In this document: positions 38,960 through 53,263 of the stretch, in pieces
Layout: every line of letters starts with the position of its first letter
Position numbering within the stretch: the stretch's first letter is position 1
NCBI GenBank assembly: GCA_963695915.1
Contig: CAVOIO010000007.1
Span: 4,479 to 68,478, forward strand
Source: an uncultured beta proteobacterium
GTDB lineage: Bacteria; Pseudomonadota; Gammaproteobacteria; Burkholderiales; JACQAP01
Direction: 5' to 3'
Length of the DNA: 64,000 nucleotides
Notes under the pieces: model-generated
What the model was told of the DNA's origin: nothing
The model's database searches: none
Seen by the model: only the letters and a program-made list of their open reading frames with translations
Program-made: the position numbers and the translations under genes

Positions 38960-40894
38960 ATGCGACACTCCGATTCTTACGATGTCATCGTGGTAGGCGG
39001 CGGACACGCCGGCACCGAGGCTGCCCTGGCGGCGGCCCGGGCGGGCTGCCACACGCTCTTGCTGACCCACAACATTGAAACCCTTGGACAGATGTCCTGC
39101 AATCCATCGATAGGCGGAATCGGCAAGGGGCACTTGGTCAAAGAGGTGGATGCGCTGGGTGGGGCGATGGCGGCCGCTACTGACGAGGCCGGAATCCAGT
39201 TTCGCATCCTCAATTCCAGCAAAGGACCGGCGGTGCGTGCTACGCGCGCCCAGGCTGACCGCGTGCTGTATCGCCAAGCTATTCGCCGGCGCCTCGAGAG
39301 TCAGGAAAATCTCGTGATTTTTCAGCAAGCTGTAGATGACCTGAGCCTCGACGGCGAACGCATGACCGGGGTGGTGACGCAGCTCGGGCTGCGTTTTTCC
39401 GCGCGGACCGTGGTCTTGACGACTGGTACTTTTCTGTCGGGACTGGTACACGTCGGACTGGATCGCTACCAGGCCGGGCGTGCCGGCGATCCGCCGGCAA
39501 TCAGCCTGGCGCGGCGGCTCCGGGAATTGCAGTTACCGGTGGGCCGCCTGAAGACTGGCACGCCGCCTCGGCTCGACGGCCGCAGCATCGATTACTCGGT
39601 AATGACCGAGCAGGCAGGTGACGATCCGGTACCTGTGTTTTCTTTCCTAGGGTCCGCTGAGCAGCATCCACGCCAGCTTCCCTGCTGGATCACTCACACC
39701 AATGTGCACACCCACGAGATCATCCGCGGCGGGCTCGATCGCTCGCCGATGTTCACCGGCGTGATCGAGGGGGTCGGGCCGCGTTACTGCCCATCCATCG
39801 AGGACAAGGTCACGCGCTTCGCCGAAAAGAACTCGCACCAGATCTTTCTCGAACCCGAGGGATTGACTACCAACGAGGTCTATCCGAACGGTATTTCGAC
39901 CAGCCTGCCATTCGATGTTCAAGTCGAATTAATTCATTCGATCAAGGGTTTGGAGAACGCACACTTGACCCGTCCAGGCTACGCCATCGAATACGACTAC
40001 TTCGATCCACGAGGGCTCAAATCGTCGCTGGAAACCAGATCTATCAAGGGACTGTTTTTCGCCGGCCAGATCAATGGCACCACCGGTTACGAGGAAGCGG
40101 CCGCGCAGGGCCTGCTTGCTGGAATTAATGCCGCGCTGCAGGTGCAAGGCAAAGAACCCTGGTGCCCGCGCCGCGATCAGGCCTACCTCGGTGTGCTGGT
40201 GGATGACCTGATTACTCGCGGCGTGACCGAGCCCTATCGAATGTTCACCAGCCGCGCAGAATACCGTTTGAGTCTGCGCGAAGACAACGCCGACATGCGG
40301 CTCACGGAAATCGGCAAGCGCCTCGGCGTGGTGGGCGTTGCGCGCTGGGAGATCTTCGAACGCAAACGCGAAGTCGTCGCGCGCGAACTGGAGCGCCTGA
40401 AGACGACCTGGGTCAATCCGAAACTGCTTGCCGCAGAATCCATGCTGCAACTCTTCGGACAGCCCCTGGAACGCGACTACACACTGGAAGAGTTGTTGCG
40501 CCGGCCGTCGGTGCGCTATCGCGATCTGATGGAGTTCGCCAATTCCGGACCCGGCGTGGCCGAGGATCAGGCTGCGGAACAAGTCGAAATTCAGACGAAG
40601 TATCACGGATACATCGAACGCCAGCGCGAAGAGGTCGAGCGCCAAGAGCACTTCGAAACCCTGCGCCTGCCGGCAGATCTCGATTACCGCAGCGTGCGGG
40701 GACTGTCGATCGAGGTGCAGCAGAAACTCAACAAGCACAAACCCGAGACCCTGGGCCAGGCTGCGCGCATTTCCGGAATCACGCCTGCGGCGGTTTCGTT
40801 GCTGTTGGTGCACTTGAAGCGCGGCATCAAGGCGAGAGTAGAGTCGGGAGGTTGCCACCGCAGCGACGTACTCACCGCAGGTAATCGCGGTTGA
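38960..40894 (+). CDS. mnmG: tRNA uridine 5-carboxymethylaminomethyl modification enzyme MnmG (GidA)
   Basis: 644 aa. FAD motif [14 protein letters not shown], plus [11 protein letters not shown] and [16 protein letters not shown]. Confidence 0.95.
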   Translation: MRHSDSYDVIVVGGGHAGTEAALAAARAGCHTLLLTHNIETLGQMSCNPSIGGIGKGHLVKEVDALGGAMAAATDEAGIQFRILNSSKGPAVRATRAQADRVLYRQAIRRRLESQENLVIFQQAVDDLSLDGERMTGVVTQLGLRFSARTVVLTTGTFLSGLVHVGLDRYQAGRAGDPPAISLARRLRELQLPVGRLKTGTPPRLDGRSIDYSVMTEQAGDDPVPVFSFLGSAEQHPRQLPCWITHTNVHTHEIIRGGLDRSPMFTGVIEGVGPRYCPSIEDKVTRFAEKNSHQIFLEPEGLTTNEVYPNGISTSLPFDVQVELIHSIKGLENAHLTRPGYAIEYDYFDPRGLKSSLETRSIKGLFFAGQINGTTGYEEAAAQGLLAGINAALQVQGKEPWCPRRDQAYLGVLVDDLITRGVTEPYRMFTSRAEYRLSLREDNADMRLTEIGKRLGVVGVARWEIFERKREVVARELERLKTTWVNPKLLAAESMLQLFGQPLERDYTLEELLRRPSVRYRDLMEFANSGPGVAEDQAAEQVEIQTKYHGYIERQREEVERQEHFETLRLPADLDYRSVRGLSIEVQQKLNKHKPETLGQAARISGITPAAVSLLLVHLKRGIKARVESGGCHRSDVLTAGNRG

Positions 40895-41535
40895 GCCAGG
40901 CGGCAGAGCTGTTGCAGCAAGGTATTGCCGACTTGGGATTGGCGTTACCGCAATCGACGATCGAGCGGCTGCTCGACTACCTGGCGGTGCTGGCGAAGTG
41001 GAACCGCGTCTACAACCTCACTGCAATCCGCGACGAAATCAAGTGGGTCAGCCATCACCTGCTAGACAGCCTAGTGGTTGTGCCGCACTTGCCGGCGGGA
41101 CGACTGGTGGATGTGGGCAGCGGCGCAGGATTGCCCGGAATCCCGATTTCGCTCGCATGCCCGGACAGACAGGTGACGTTGCTGGATTCGAACCAGAAGA
41201 AAGGCGCGTTCTTGACTCAGTCATCCACTGAACTTGCGCTCGCGAATGTCAAGGTCGTGATCGAAAGAGCCGAGTCGTACCAACCTGCCACGACATTCGA
41301 CGTCGTCATCTCGCGCGCATTTTCCAACATTGCCGACTTTATCAGGCTCGCAGGCCACCTGTGCAGGCCCGGCGGCGTAGTGGCTGCGATGAAAGGCGCG
41401 CGCCCGGACGCAGAGATCGCGCAGCTCCCGGGGTCTTGGAGGGTGGAAACAATCATCCCGCTGCATGTACCCGGGCTTGATGCAGAACGCCATCTGATCG
41501 TGCTGCGCCCGAGCGTAACTGCGGACGCCGGCTGA
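40891..41535 (+). CDS. rsmG: 16S rRNA (guanine527-N7)-methyltransferase RsmG (GidB)
   Basis: TTG start overlapping the mnmG stop. SAM motif [12 protein letters not shown], preceded by [12 protein letters not shown]. Confidence 0.9.
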   Translation: MSQAAELLQQGIADLGLALPQSTIERLLDYLAVLAKWNRVYNLTAIRDEIKWVSHHLLDSLVVVPHLPAGRLVDVGSGAGLPGIPISLACPDRQVTLLDSNQKKGAFLTQSSTELALANVKVVIERAESYQPATTFDVVISRAFSNIADFIRLAGHLCRPGGVVAAMKGARPDAEIAQLPGSWRVETIIPLHVPGLDAERHLIVLRPSVTADAG

Positions 41536-41540
41536 ACAAC

Positions 41541-42305
41541 ATGCCGCGAATACTCGCAATCACCAACCAGAAGGGAGGGGTCGGCAAGACCACCACCGGC
41601 ATCAATCTCGCCGCGAGTCTGGTCATGGCCGGGCGGCGCGTGCTTCTGGTGGACATCGATCCGCAGGGTAACGCGACCATGGGAAGCGGCATCGACAAGC
41701 GCAGCCTCAGGGCGACGGTCTACCAGGTCTTGCTGGGTGCTGCGCCGATGTCATCGGTCAGGGTGCGCAGCCAGAGCGGTGGCTATGACCTGATTCCGGC
41801 AAACCGCGAACTCGCCGGGGCGGAAGTGGAAATGGTGGGGTTGGCCGAACGCGAAACGCGGCTCAAGACGGCGCTCGAAGAAATCAAGGCGCAGTACGAC
41901 TACGTTCTGATCGACTGCCCGCCGGCACTCAATCTATTGACGGTGAACGGCCTGTGCGCCGCCGATGCGGTAGTAATACCGATGCAGTGCGAGTACTACG
42001 CGCTCGAAGGCCTGTCCGACCTGGTGCAGACCATTAAGAAAGTGCGCATGAACCTGAATCCCGCGCTTGAAATCGAGGGTTTGCTGCGCACCATGTACGA
42101 CCCGCGCAACATGCTCTCGCAACAGGTCTCGGATCAACTCCAGCAACATTTCGGTGACAAAGTCTACCGTACCGTGATTCCGCGCAATGTACGGCTTGCG
42201 GAGGCACCCAGTCACGGCGTCCCCGCGCTCAGCTTCGACCGGCAATCGAAAGGCGCGATCGCCTACCTCGCGCTGGCAGGCGAAATGCTCGGCAAGAACA
42301 CTTAG
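41541..42305 (+). CDS. parA: Chromosome partitioning ATPase ParA (Soj)
   Basis: Deviant Walker A NQKGGVGKTTT, plus IDCPPAL and RLAEAPSHG. Confidence 0.92.
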   Translation: MPRILAITNQKGGVGKTTTGINLAASLVMAGRRVLLVDIDPQGNATMGSGIDKRSLRATVYQVLLGAAPMSSVRVRSQSGGYDLIPANRELAGAEVEMVGLAERETRLKTALEEIKAQYDYVLIDCPPALNLLTVNGLCAADAVVIPMQCEYYALEGLSDLVQTIKKVRMNLNPALEIEGLLRTMYDPRNMLSQQVSDQLQQHFGDKVYRTVIPRNVRLAEAPSHGVPALSFDRQSKGAIAYLALAGEMLGKNT

Positions 42306-42310
42306 AAAGA

Positions 42311-43162
42311 ATGAAGATGGCAAAACTCAAAGGACTTGGCCGCGGGCTCGACGCGCTGCTCGGCGGCAACGATACCCGGACCGAAGACGCCCAGACCGAG
42401 CTCGCGGTGGGCATGCTCAAGCCGGGCCGCTTCCAGCCGCGCACGCGCATGGACCCGCAGTCGATTGCGGAACTGGCCGATTCGATCAAGGCTCAGGGCC
42501 TGATCCAGCCGATCCTGGTGCGCCCGGTGGACGGCGGCAAGTACGAGATCATCGCCGGTGAGCGGCGCTGGCGCGCGGCCCAGCTTGCCGGATTAGCGCA
42601 AGTGCCGGTCGTGGTGCGCGTGGTCCCGGATCAGACGGCACTGGCGATGGCGCTGATCGAGAACATCCAGCGCGAGAACCTCAATCCTCTGGAAGAAGCG
42701 GGCGGCATCCACAGGTTGATAGAAGAATTCCGCATGACCCACGATACGGCGGCGCAGGCAGTCGGGCGTTCGCGCAGCGCAGTTACCAACCTGTTGCGAT
42801 TGCTCAATCTCGCCAAGCCCGTGCAGGAACTGCTGATGCAGGGCAAGCTCGACATGGGCCATGCCCGGGCGTTGCTGGCGGTGAATGGGCCGCGCCAGGT
42901 GGAACTGGCCTATAAGGTTGTCAGCCGCGGGCTGTCGGTGCGTGAAACCGAGCAGTTGGCCGGCCGGACTGAGGTAACTGCCCGCAAGACGCCGCGCAAA
43001 CACAGGAAGGATCGCGACCTTCAGGCTCTTGAGGAAAGCCTCGCCGAGACGCTCGGTGCGCCGGTAGCCATCAACCCAGGCAAGGGTGGGCGGGGCAAAC
43101 TGGTTATCGGCTACTCAAGTCTCGATCAACTCGACGAATTCTTGCGCAAACTGCGCCGATGA
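42311..43162 (+). CDS. parB: Chromosome partitioning protein ParB (Spo0J)
   Basis: Contains GLGRGLDALL, GERRWRAA (arginine patch) and ENIQRENLNPLEEA with the HTH. Confidence 0.92.
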   Translation: MKMAKLKGLGRGLDALLGGNDTRTEDAQTELAVGMLKPGRFQPRTRMDPQSIAELADSIKAQGLIQPILVRPVDGGKYEIIAGERRWRAAQLAGLAQVPVVVRVVPDQTALAMALIENIQRENLNPLEEAGGIHRLIEEFRMTHDTAAQAVGRSRSAVTNLLRLLNLAKPVQELLMQGKLDMGHARALLAVNGPRQVELAYKVVSRGLSVRETEQLAGRTEVTARKTPRKHRKDRDLQALEESLAETLGAPVAINPGKGGRGKLVIGYSSLDQLDEFLRKLRR

Positions 43163-43196
43163 GCGGCCAGCGCGCTGCAGAAAAGCGAGATCGTCG

Positions 43197-43226
43197 TTGA
43201 CAGTACTTCCTCAACCCCACTAAAAT
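43197..43226 (+). promoter_or_regulatory. Candidate sigma70 promoter of the atp operon
   Basis: TTGACA (43197-43202), an 18-nt spacer, then TAAAAT (43221-43226), about 70 nt upstream of atpI. Confidence 0.5.
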
Positions 43227-43295
43227 TTCCCGCTTTTTGCGGGTTGCTGCGGCCGCATTGGCTACAAGAATCCCGGGCCGGTGGCAGGAGGGGCG

Positions 43296-43655
43296 ATGAT
43301 CCGGGCGATTGTCAGCATCATTGCCATGCAGGTTGCCGTGGCTTTTGGCGTCGCCGCGTTGTTCGTCTTATTCGGGAGCTGGGTTTCCGCGAAATCGGCT
43401 TTGATCGGCGGCGCGATCGCTTTCATCCCGGGTGCGTTTTACGCATTGCGCGTTATCCGGTCCCGGTATAGTGCGCCGGACAGCTTGCTGAGAGCGCACT
43501 ATGCCGGCGAGTTCGGCAAGCTGATCTTGACCGTGCTCCTGTTCGGCGCGACCTTCGCGTGGGTCAAGGAAATTTCGGTCTTGCCGTTGTTTGCCGCTTA
43601 TGTCGCGACATTGCTGGTGTACTGGGCGGCGCTGTTGATATTTACGAAAATCTGA
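43296..43655 (+). CDS. atpI: ATP synthase protein I
   Basis: Small 4-TM protein at the head of the atp operon. The ATG at 43296 is preceded by AGGAGG; the track GTG at 43281 is an alternative. Confidence 0.75.
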   Translation: MIRAIVSIIAMQVAVAFGVAALFVLFGSWVSAKSALIGGAIAFIPGAFYALRVIRSRYSAPDSLLRAHYAGEFGKLILTVLLFGATFAWVKEISVLPLFAAYVATLLVYWAALLIFTKI

Positions 43656-44453
<798 letters not shown>

Positions 44454-44489
44454 AGGTCCCAAGCAACTGTCTTCAATCGTTTGTCCTAG

Positions 44490-44774
<285 letters not shown>

Positions 44775-44803
44775 ATCTGTTGTATTGAGTTCGGGAGGTT
44801 AGC

Positions 44804-45277
44804 GTGAATCTCAACGCTACATTGATTGGCCAGGCGCTCTGGTTCCTCGCCTTCATCTGGATCACGATGAAGTTTGTCTGGCCGCCGCTGCGCAAGGCGA
44901 TGCACGATCGCCAGAAACAGATCGCCGATGGCCTTGCCGCAGGGGAACGCGGCAAACAGGATCTCGAGCTCGCGGCAAAGCGCGCGGCGGAAGAATTGCA
45001 ACGCGCGCGCATGCAGGCAGGCGAGATCATTTCCCAGGCCGAGAAACGCGGAGCCGGCGTGGTCGAGGAAGCCAAGGCAGCTGCCAAGGTCGAGGCGGAC
45101 CGCATCGTCGTCGCTGCGAAAGCCGAGATCGAACAGGAGGTGTTCCGCGCCAAGGAGTTGCTTCGCGCACAGATCTCGGTGCTGGCGGTGACCGGCGCCG
45201 AAAAGATCCTCAGGCGCGAGGTGGACGCCAAGGCACACGCCCAGTTGCTGTCCGGCCTCGAGTCTGAACTCAGGTAA
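44804..45277 (+). CDS. atpF: F0F1 ATP synthase subunit b
   Basis: GTG start. One N-terminal TM followed by a long charged coiled coil. Confidence 0.88.
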   Translation: MNLNATLIGQALWFLAFIWITMKFVWPPLRKAMHDRQKQIADGLAAGERGKQDLELAAKRAAEELQRARMQAGEIISQAEKRGAGVVEEAKAAAKVEADRIVVAAKAEIEQEVFRAKELLRAQISVLAVTGAEKILRREVDAKAHAQLLSGLESELR

Positions 45278-45284
45278 CGCCCGC

Positions 45285-45821
45285 ATGGCCGAATTCGCAA
45301 CCATCGCCAGGCCTTACGCGGAAGCCGTTTTCCGCCTGGCCAAGGGCGGCAACGCACTTGGCGCCTGGTCGGAAAAGCTGGCATTCATCGCCGCGATCTA
45401 CCAGGATCCCCAGATGCAGTCGGCGATTGGCAATCCCAAGGTCACTGCCAACGACGTTGAACGCTTGCTCCTCGCCATCAGCGGCGACCGCATCGACGAC
45501 GCGGCCCGTAACTTCATTCAGTTGCTGGTGCGCAACCACAGGCTGGCGGTCCTCCCGCAGATACGCGAGCAGTTCGAGATACTGAAACTGGAAGACGAGG
45601 GCAAGCTGGACGCGAAAATCAGTTCTGCATATCCGCTGGACGACGCGCAACGCTATCAAGTGGTAAACCTGCTGTCTTCCCGCTTCAAGCGCAAGATCAA
45701 CGCCACCGTGACCGTTGACGCCGAATTGATCGGCGGCATCAAGGTCGAGGTGGGTGACAAGGTTTGGGATGCTTCGGTACGCGGCAAGCTTCAGACCATG
45801 GCCGTAACCCTTTTGAAATAG
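45285..45821 (+). CDS. atpH: F0F1 ATP synthase subunit delta
   Basis: 178 aa starting ..IARPYAEAVF.., in the expected operon position. Confidence 0.9.
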   Translation: MAEFATIARPYAEAVFRLAKGGNALGAWSEKLAFIAAIYQDPQMQSAIGNPKVTANDVERLLLAISGDRIDDAARNFIQLLVRNHRLAVLPQIREQFEILKLEDEGKLDAKISSAYPLDDAQRYQVVNLLSSRFKRKINATVTVDAELIGGIKVEVGDKVWDASVRGKLQTMAVTLLK

Positions 45822-45833
45822 GAGTCTTGAACC

Positions 45834-47375
45834 ATGCAGTTGAACCCGTCCGAGATCAGCGAACTGATCAAGAACAAGATCCAGAATCTCGCCACCGCTT
45901 CCGAGGTTCGCACCCAGGGCACGGTGGTGTCCGTGACCGACGGCATCTGTCGCATCCATGGCCTTGCCGACGTTATGCAGGGTGAAATGCTGGAATTTCC
46001 GGGCAACACCTTCGGCCTCGCACTCAATCTCGAGCGCGACTCTGTCGGGTCGGTGGTTCTGGGCACATACGAACACATTTCCGAAGGCGATCCGGTGAAG
46101 AGCACCGGCCGCATTCTGGAGGTGCCGGTCGGTCCCGAACTGATCGGGCGCGTGGTCAACTCGCTGGGCCAGCCGATTGACGGCAAGGGCCCGATCACCG
46201 CCAAGGAAACGGACGTGATCGAGAAGGTCGCGCCGGGCGTGATCTGGCGCAAGTCGGTGTCCCAGCCGGTGCAGACCGGCCTGAAGGCGATCGACGCGAT
46301 GGTGCCGATCGGCCGAGGCCAGCGCGAGTTGATCATCGGCGACCGCCAGACCGGCAAGACCGCGGTCGCGGTGGACACGATCATCAACCAGAAGGGCAAG
46401 GACCTGTTCTGCATTTATGTCGCCATCGGCCAGAAGGCTTCCACGGTTGCCAACGTGGTGCGCAAGCTCGAAGAGCACGGCGCAATGGCTTACACCATCG
46501 TCATCGCTGCCACGGCATCTGAGTCGGCGGCGATGCAGTACATCGCGCCCTATTCCGGCTGCACCATGGGCGAGTACTTCCGCGACCGCGGCCAGGACGC
46601 GCTGATCATTTACGACGATTTGACCAAGCAGGCCTGGGCCTATCGCCAGGTATCGCTGTTGCTGCGGCGCCCGCCGGGACGCGAAGCCTATCCTGGCGAC
46701 GTGTTTTACCTGCACTCCCGGCTGCTGGAACGTGCCGCGCGCGTAAGCGAGGCCTGGGTCGAGCGTTTCACCAAGGGTAAAGTCAAGGGCAAGACCGGTT
46801 CGCTCACCGCGCTGCCGATCATCGAAACCCAGGCCGGCGATGTATCCGCGTTCGTGCCGACCAATGTGATTTCCATTACCGACGGTCAGATCTTCCTCGA
46901 AACCGACCTGTTCAACGCCGGCATTCGTCCCGCGATCAATGCCGGCGTATCGGTGTCGCGGGTCGGTGGCGCGGCGCAGACCAAAATCATGAAGCGCAAG
47001 GACACCGGCGGCGGCGTGCGGCTGGCCCTGGCGCAGTACCGCGAGTTGGCGGCGTTTGCCCAGTTTGCTTCCGATCTCGACGACGCCACCCGCAAGCAGC
47101 TCGAGCGCGGCCGCATGGTCACCGAGTTGATGAAGCAGCTGCAGTACCAGCCACTGCAGGTTTGGGAAATGGCGCTGACGCTGTTTGCGGTCAATAACGG
47201 CTACTACGACGACATTGACGTGAAGAAGGCGTTGGCCGCGGAGAAATCCATGCGCGACTACCTCAAGACCAAGTACGCCGCGCTCGTCGAACGAATGGAC
47301 AAGGACCTGTCCGCCGACAATGAGAAGGCGCTGCACGAGGCAATCAAGGACTGGAAAAAGAACGGTAGTTATTAA
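45834..47375 (+). CDS. atpA: F0F1 ATP synthase subunit alpha
   Basis: 513 aa with Walker A GDRQTGKT. Confidence 0.96.
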   Translation: MQLNPSEISELIKNKIQNLATASEVRTQGTVVSVTDGICRIHGLADVMQGEMLEFPGNTFGLALNLERDSVGSVVLGTYEHISEGDPVKSTGRILEVPVGPELIGRVVNSLGQPIDGKGPITAKETDVIEKVAPGVIWRKSVSQPVQTGLKAIDAMVPIGRGQRELIIGDRQTGKTAVAVDTIINQKGKDLFCIYVAIGQKASTVANVVRKLEEHGAMAYTIVIAATASESAAMQYIAPYSGCTMGEYFRDRGQDALIIYDDLTKQAWAYRQVSLLLRRPPGREAYPGDVFYLHSRLLERAARVSEAWVERFTKGKVKGKTGSLTALPIIETQAGDVSAFVPTNVISITDGQIFLETDLFNAGIRPAINAGVSVSRVGGAAQTKIMKRKDTGGGVRLALAQYRELAAFAQFASDLDDATRKQLERGRMVTELMKQLQYQPLQVWEMALTLFAVNNGYYDDIDVKKALAAEKSMRDYLKTKYAALVERMDKDLSADNEKALHEAIKDWKKNGSY

Positions 47376-47470
47376 CAGATATCCTGCGGATGCGCGCAGT
47401 ATCTGCGTGCGTTGGAGCGAACAAGAGAATGTCGCCCAGCGGGCGCGCCGTGGCAATCGGAAACTAGACT

Positions 47471-48334
47471 ATGGCAGGCACAAAAGAGATACGCACCAAG
47501 ATCAAGAGTGTGCAGAGCACTCGCAAGATCACCAAGGCAATGGAGATGGTCGCCGCGTCCAAGATGCGCAAGGTGCAGGAGCGCATGCGCGCGGCGCGTC
47601 CGTACGCCGAGAAAATCCGAAACGTCGCCGCGCACATTTCCCATGCCAATCCGGAGTACCGCCATCCTTTTCTGGTGGAGCGCGATACGGTCAAGCGCGT
47701 CGGCATCATCATCGTCACCACCGACAAGGGATTGTGCGGTGCGCTCAATACCAATGTACTGCGCATGATGCTCAACCATTACAAGCAGTGGCAGTCCGAG
47801 GGCGAGGAGCTCGACGTCTGCTGCATCGGCGGCAAGGGTCTCGGCTTCATGCAGCGCCTGGGCGCGAACATCGTTTCCAAGTCCGCGGGCCTGGGCGATC
47901 GTCCGAAACTCGAGAATCTGATCGGCGCGGTCAAGGTCATGCTCGACAGCTACACCGAAGACCGTTTCGACCGTTTGCTGATTTTCTACACCCGTTTCAT
48001 CAACACCATGAAGCAGGAACCGGTGATGGAGCAGTTGCTGCCGCTATCCGGGGAACGGCTCGGCGCCCCCGAGGGAACCTGGGACTACATCTACGAACCG
48101 GAGGCGAAAACCGTCCTCGAACAGGTGCTGACCCGCTACATCGAGACGGTGGTCTATCAGTCCGTTTCGGAGAATATGGCGTCCGAACAATCGGCGCGCA
48201 TGGTGGCGATGAAGTCGGCTTCCGACAACGCGGCGACGCTGATCGACGAACTGACCCTGATCTACAACAAGAGCCGCCAGGCGGCGATCACCAAGGAGCT
48301 CTCGGAGATCGTCGGCGGTGCGGCGGCCGTATGA
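47471..48334 (+). CDS. atpG: F0F1 ATP synthase subunit gamma
   Basis: 287 aa. Starts [34 protein letters not shown] and ends [15 protein letters not shown]. Confidence 0.95.
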   Translation: MAGTKEIRTKIKSVQSTRKITKAMEMVAASKMRKVQERMRAARPYAEKIRNVAAHISHANPEYRHPFLVERDTVKRVGIIIVTTDKGLCGALNTNVLRMMLNHYKQWQSEGEELDVCCIGGKGLGFMQRLGANIVSKSAGLGDRPKLENLIGAVKVMLDSYTEDRFDRLLIFYTRFINTMKQEPVMEQLLPLSGERLGAPEGTWDYIYEPEAKTVLEQVLTRYIETVVYQSVSENMASEQSARMVAMKSASDNAATLIDELTLIYNKSRQAAITKELSEIVGGAAAV

Positions 48335-48356
48335 AGAACTTGCATTGCGACTTTAG

Positions 48357-49790
<1,434 letters not shown>

Positions 49791-49856
49791 GGCGAGAGAC
49801 GCGATGGGTAAATGTAGTTGAGTGTTTCACGCCTTACGCCTCACCGGGAAAACAAT

Positions 49857-50276
49857 ATGGCAACGACGATGCACGTAGATGTTGTGAGCGCGGAGGAATC
49901 GATCTTCTCCGGCGAGGCGGAGTTCGTCGTCCTGCCGGGAGAGGCGGGCGAACTCGGCATCTATCCGCGGCATGCCCCGCTGATAACCCGCATCAAGCCG
50001 GGCGCTGTGCGCATCCAGCCGGCAGGAGGCGGCGAGGAAAACCTGATCTTCGTCGCGGGCGGAATTCTGGAAGTCCAGCCTGCGCTGGTGACCGTGCTCG
50101 CCGACACCGCGATTCGCGGCCGCGATCTCGACGAAACCAAGGCGATGGAAGCGATGAAGCGCGCCGAGGAAGCGCGTGCCAAGGCGCAGGACAAACAGGA
50201 AATCGCAGTGGTCGAAGGCGAACTCGCCATGCTCGCAGCGCAACTTGCCGCGATCCGCAGGCTGCGCAAGAAGTAA
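49857..50276 (+). CDS. atpC: F0F1 ATP synthase subunit epsilon
   Basis: Starts [21 protein letters not shown].., which is typical. The track ORF begins 39 nt earlier at a non-ATG codon. Confidence 0.9.
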   Translation: MATTMHVDVVSAEESIFSGEAEFVVLPGEAGELGIYPRHAPLITRIKPGAVRIQPAGGGEENLIFVAGGILEVQPALVTVLADTAIRGRDLDETKAMEAMKRAEEARAKAQDKQEIAVVEGELAMLAAQLAAIRRLRKK

Positions 50277-50415
50277 GCTGACCACCGCGGGGCATTTTCG
50301 TACTAACAGCGGGGATACCGCATCCCGTTGTACTCTGTATGGTTGCGATCGGACGCGTCAGTCGATGGTGACTTTCGGAACCCACGAGGTCGACGACGGC
50401 TCCGGTCTCATGGCT

Positions 50416-51399
50416 TCAGGCGACGGGTTGCCGCAAATGGCATGCCACCCACTGCCCCGGAGAGATCTCTTGTAACTGCGGTTCCTCGCGCTTGCAGCGC
50501 TCCTCGACATAGGGGCAGCGCGTGTGGAAGCGGCAACCTGACGGCGGATCGATTGGGCTCGGCACGTCGCCCGCAAGCAGGCGTCGCTGCCGGCTTATCG
50601 TTGGATTCGGTACTGGCACGGCATCCAGCAGCGCCTCAGTATACGGATGCTCAGGACGCGTAAAAATCGCCCGCTTCGGCGCGACCTCAACGATCTTACC
50701 GAGATACATTACCGCCACGCGATGGCTGATGTGCTCGACCACGGCGAGATCGTGTGCCACGAACAGATACGAGAGGCTGAACTCCGCCTGAAGGTCCATG
50801 AGCAGATTAATCACCTGCGCCTGCACCGAAACGTCGAGCGCTGACACCGGCTCGTCGCACACGATCAAGCGCGGCCGCACCGAAAGCGCACGCGCGATAC
50901 CGAGCCGCTGGCGCTGGCCACCCGAGAATTCGTATGGGTACTTCACCATCTGATCGGGACGCAGACCAACACGCTCGAAGAGGTCGGCGGCGCGCGCACG
51001 CACCTCGGCCGCCGGCAACGATTCGTAATTGCGGATCGGCTCGGCGACGATGTCGACCGCGCGCATGCGCGGATTGAGCGACGAGTAGGGGTCCTGGAAC
51101 ACAGCCTGCAGCTCGCGCCGCACCGGTCGCATATCGGCGCGGTTGAGCTGATCAATGCGGCGCCCGCGCCACAGGACCAGACCCTCGGTCGGATCCTGTA
51201 GTCGCAGGATCAACTTCCCGGTGGTGGACTTGCCACAACCGGATTCACCGACCAATCCCAGGGTCTCGCCCTCCTTGATCCAGAAACTTACGCCGTCGAC
51301 TGCGTGCACTTTTGCGCCGCGCGCAAACAAGCCCGTCTTCGCCGGGAAAAACTTGCGCAACCCTTGGACTTCGAGCAGCACGTCGCCGGGGGCTGTCAT
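50416..51399 (-). CDS. Peptide/nickel-type ABC transporter ATP-binding protein (DppF/OppF-like)
   Basis: Walker [10 protein letters not shown], signature [14 protein letters not shown], and a C-terminal Cys-rich oligopeptide-type tail. The ATG at 51399 overlaps the upstream stop as ATGA. Confidence 0.85.
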   Translation of the reverse strand: MTAPGDVLLEVQGLRKFFPAKTGLFARGAKVHAVDGVSFWIKEGETLGLVGESGCGKSTTGKLILRLQDPTEGLVLWRGRRIDQLNRADMRPVRRELQAVFQDPYSSLNPRMRAVDIVAEPIRNYESLPAAEVRARAADLFERVGLRPDQMVKYPYEFSGGQRQRLGIARALSVRPRLIVCDEPVSALDVSVQAQVINLLMDLQAEFSLSYLFVAHDLAVVEHISHRVAVMYLGKIVEVAPKRAIFTRPEHPYTEALLDAVPVPNPTISRQRRLLAGDVPSPIDPPSGCRFHTRCPYVEERCKREEPQLQEISPGQWVACHLRQPVA

Positions 51400-52379
51400 T
51401 GGGCGGGATTCCAGCAGGCCGCCCAATGGCCCGGGCCGTAGGCGGTCAGGGGCGGCACTTCCTGCGAGCAACGCGCGACCACGTTAGGGCAACGTGGCGC
51501 GAACAGGCAACCCGGACGCACCTCCTTGAGCGAAGGCACCATGCCGGGGATCTCGACCAGCCGCTTGCGCCCCTCGAAGCGCACCGAGTCGCCGAGGTGT
51601 GGCATCGATCCCAGCAGCCCGCGCGTGTAGGGATGGCGCGGGCGGGCGAAGAGCTCCTCGACCGGTGCCTCCTCCACCTTGCGCCCCGCATACATCACCA
51701 CGACGCGCCGCGCCATCTCGGCAACGACGCCGAGATCGTGCGTGATCAGAATGATCGATGCGCCGCTCTCACGCGCGAGCTCGCGCATCAACTCGAGGAT
51801 CTGCGCCTGGATCGTGACGTCGAGCGCCGTAGTGGGCTCGTCGGCAATCAGCAATCGCGGACCACAGGCCAGCGCCATCGCGATCATCACGCGTTGCCGC
51901 ATGCCGCCCGACAGTTCGTGGGGATATTGGCGTACGCGCCGGGCGGGCTCGGGCATGCGGACCTTGCTCAGCATCTCGATGGCCTTCACCATGGCATCGT
52001 GCTGTGAGAGGCCGCGGTGCAGGACCAGACTTTCGGCGATCTGCCGGCCTACGGTCAGTGCGGGATTGAGCGACGTCATCGGTTCCTGGAAGATCATCGA
52101 GATGGCATCGCCGCGCACCGAGCGCATCTCGTCCTCGCTCAGAGCAAGCAGATCGCGGCCCTCGAAGATCACTCGCCCGGCGACGATGCGGCCTGGCGGC
52201 GAGGCGATGAGTCGCAAAATGGAAAGCGATGTGACACTCTTGCCGCAGCCCGACTCGCCTACTACCGCGAGCGTCTCCCCCGGCGCGACCGATAACGACA
52301 CGCCGTCCACTGCGCGCACGATGCCGTCGCGGGTGAAGAAGTGGGTCTGGAGACCCTCGACCTCGAGCAAAGCGGCCAT
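51396..52379 (-). CDS. Peptide/nickel-type ABC transporter ATP-binding protein (DppD/OppD-like)
   Basis: Walker A GESGCGKS, signature [14 protein letters not shown], and Walker [13 protein letters not shown]. Confidence 0.85.
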   Translation of the reverse strand: MAALLEVEGLQTHFFTRDGIVRAVDGVSLSVAPGETLAVVGESGCGKSVTSLSILRLIASPPGRIVAGRVIFEGRDLLALSEDEMRSVRGDAISMIFQEPMTSLNPALTVGRQIAESLVLHRGLSQHDAMVKAIEMLSKVRMPEPARRVRQYPHELSGGMRQRVMIAMALACGPRLLIADEPTTALDVTIQAQILELMRELARESGASIILITHDLGVVAEMARRVVVMYAGRKVEEAPVEELFARPRHPYTRGLLGSMPHLGDSVRFEGRKRLVEIPGMVPSLKEVRPGCLFAPRCPNVVARCSQEVPPLTAYGPGHWAACWNPAQ

Positions 52380-52383
52380 GCGA

Positions 52384-53262
52384 CTACATCCGCCGCGCGA
52401 GACGCGGATCGAGCGCGTCGCGCATGCCGTCGCCGAGCAGGTTCACCGCGAGCACGGTCAGCGACAGGAAAAGGCCGGGAAACAAGATCAAGTAGCCGGC
52501 GATCTGGAAAAGACTCCTCGCCTCGGCCATGATGTTGCCCCAACTCGGAATATTCGGCGGCGTGCCCGCACCGATGAACGAGAGAATCGCCTCGAGAATC
52601 ATGGCCGAGGCGCAAATGTAGGTGCCCTGCACCAGCAGCGGCGCCAAGGTGTTGGGGAGGATGTGGCGAACCAGGATGAGCGGTAGATTGGTGCCCGCGG
52701 CGATAGCGGCTTCCACATACGGCTGCTCGCGCAGGCTGAGCACCAGACCGCGCACCAGCCGCACGACGCGCGGCACTTCGGCGAGCGTGATGGCGAGGAT
52801 GACGTTGCCAACACTTGCTTCCGTCAGCGCCATCAGCGCAATGGCGAGTAGCACTGAGGGGATCGACATCAAGCCATCCATCACGCGCATCACGATGGCG
52901 TCGAGCCAGCGAATGAAGCCAGTGACGAGACCGATCGCCAGTCCCACGGCGATCGAAAACGCGGCGACAGCGATCCCGACGGTGAGCGAGATGCGCGAAC
53001 CGTAGATCACCCGGCTATATACGTCGCGTCCCAGCATGTCCGTGCCGAACCAATGCTCGGCGGAAGGCGACTTGAGACGTTGGATCGGCGAGAGTGCCTG
53101 CGGATCCACGGTTCCCAGCCATGGCGCCAGCAACGCGGTTAGTACCATCATGGCGAGCACCATTGCGCCGACGATAGCGGTCGGGTGGCGCTGGAACGCG
53201 TCACGAAACCACTGCCAAGTCGGCGACGTGGATTTCCGCGCGGTGAGAACTGCGGTGGTCAT
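52384..53262 (-). CDS. ABC transporter permease (DppC/OppC-like)
   Basis: 292 aa with 6 TM segments and an EAA-type loop ([22 protein letters not shown]). Confidence 0.85.
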   Translation of the reverse strand: MTTAVLTARKSTSPTWQWFRDAFQRHPTAIVGAMVLAMMVLTALLAPWLGTVDPQALSPIQRLKSPSAEHWFGTDMLGRDVYSRVIYGSRISLTVGIAVAAFSIAVGLAIGLVTGFIRWLDAIVMRVMDGLMSIPSVLLAIALMALTEASVGNVILAITLAEVPRVVRLVRGLVLSLREQPYVEAAIAAGTNLPLILVRHILPNTLAPLLVQGTYICASAMILEAILSFIGAGTPPNIPSWGNIMAEARSLFQIAGYLILFPGLFLSLTVLAVNLLGDGMRDALDPRLARRM

Positions 53263-53263
53263 G

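Noticed and set aside
45270-47456. 728-aa ORF on the minus strand
   Set aside because: It is fully antisense to atpH/atpA. The composition is Arg/His/Gly/Leu-rich with no recognisable motifs. This is a typical shadow ORF of a high-GC gene.
50290-50335. Hairpin acagcggggat-accgc-atcccgttgt considered as the atpC terminator
   Set aside because: The stem contains a bulge and a wobble pair, and no T-run follows. It is too weak to call.
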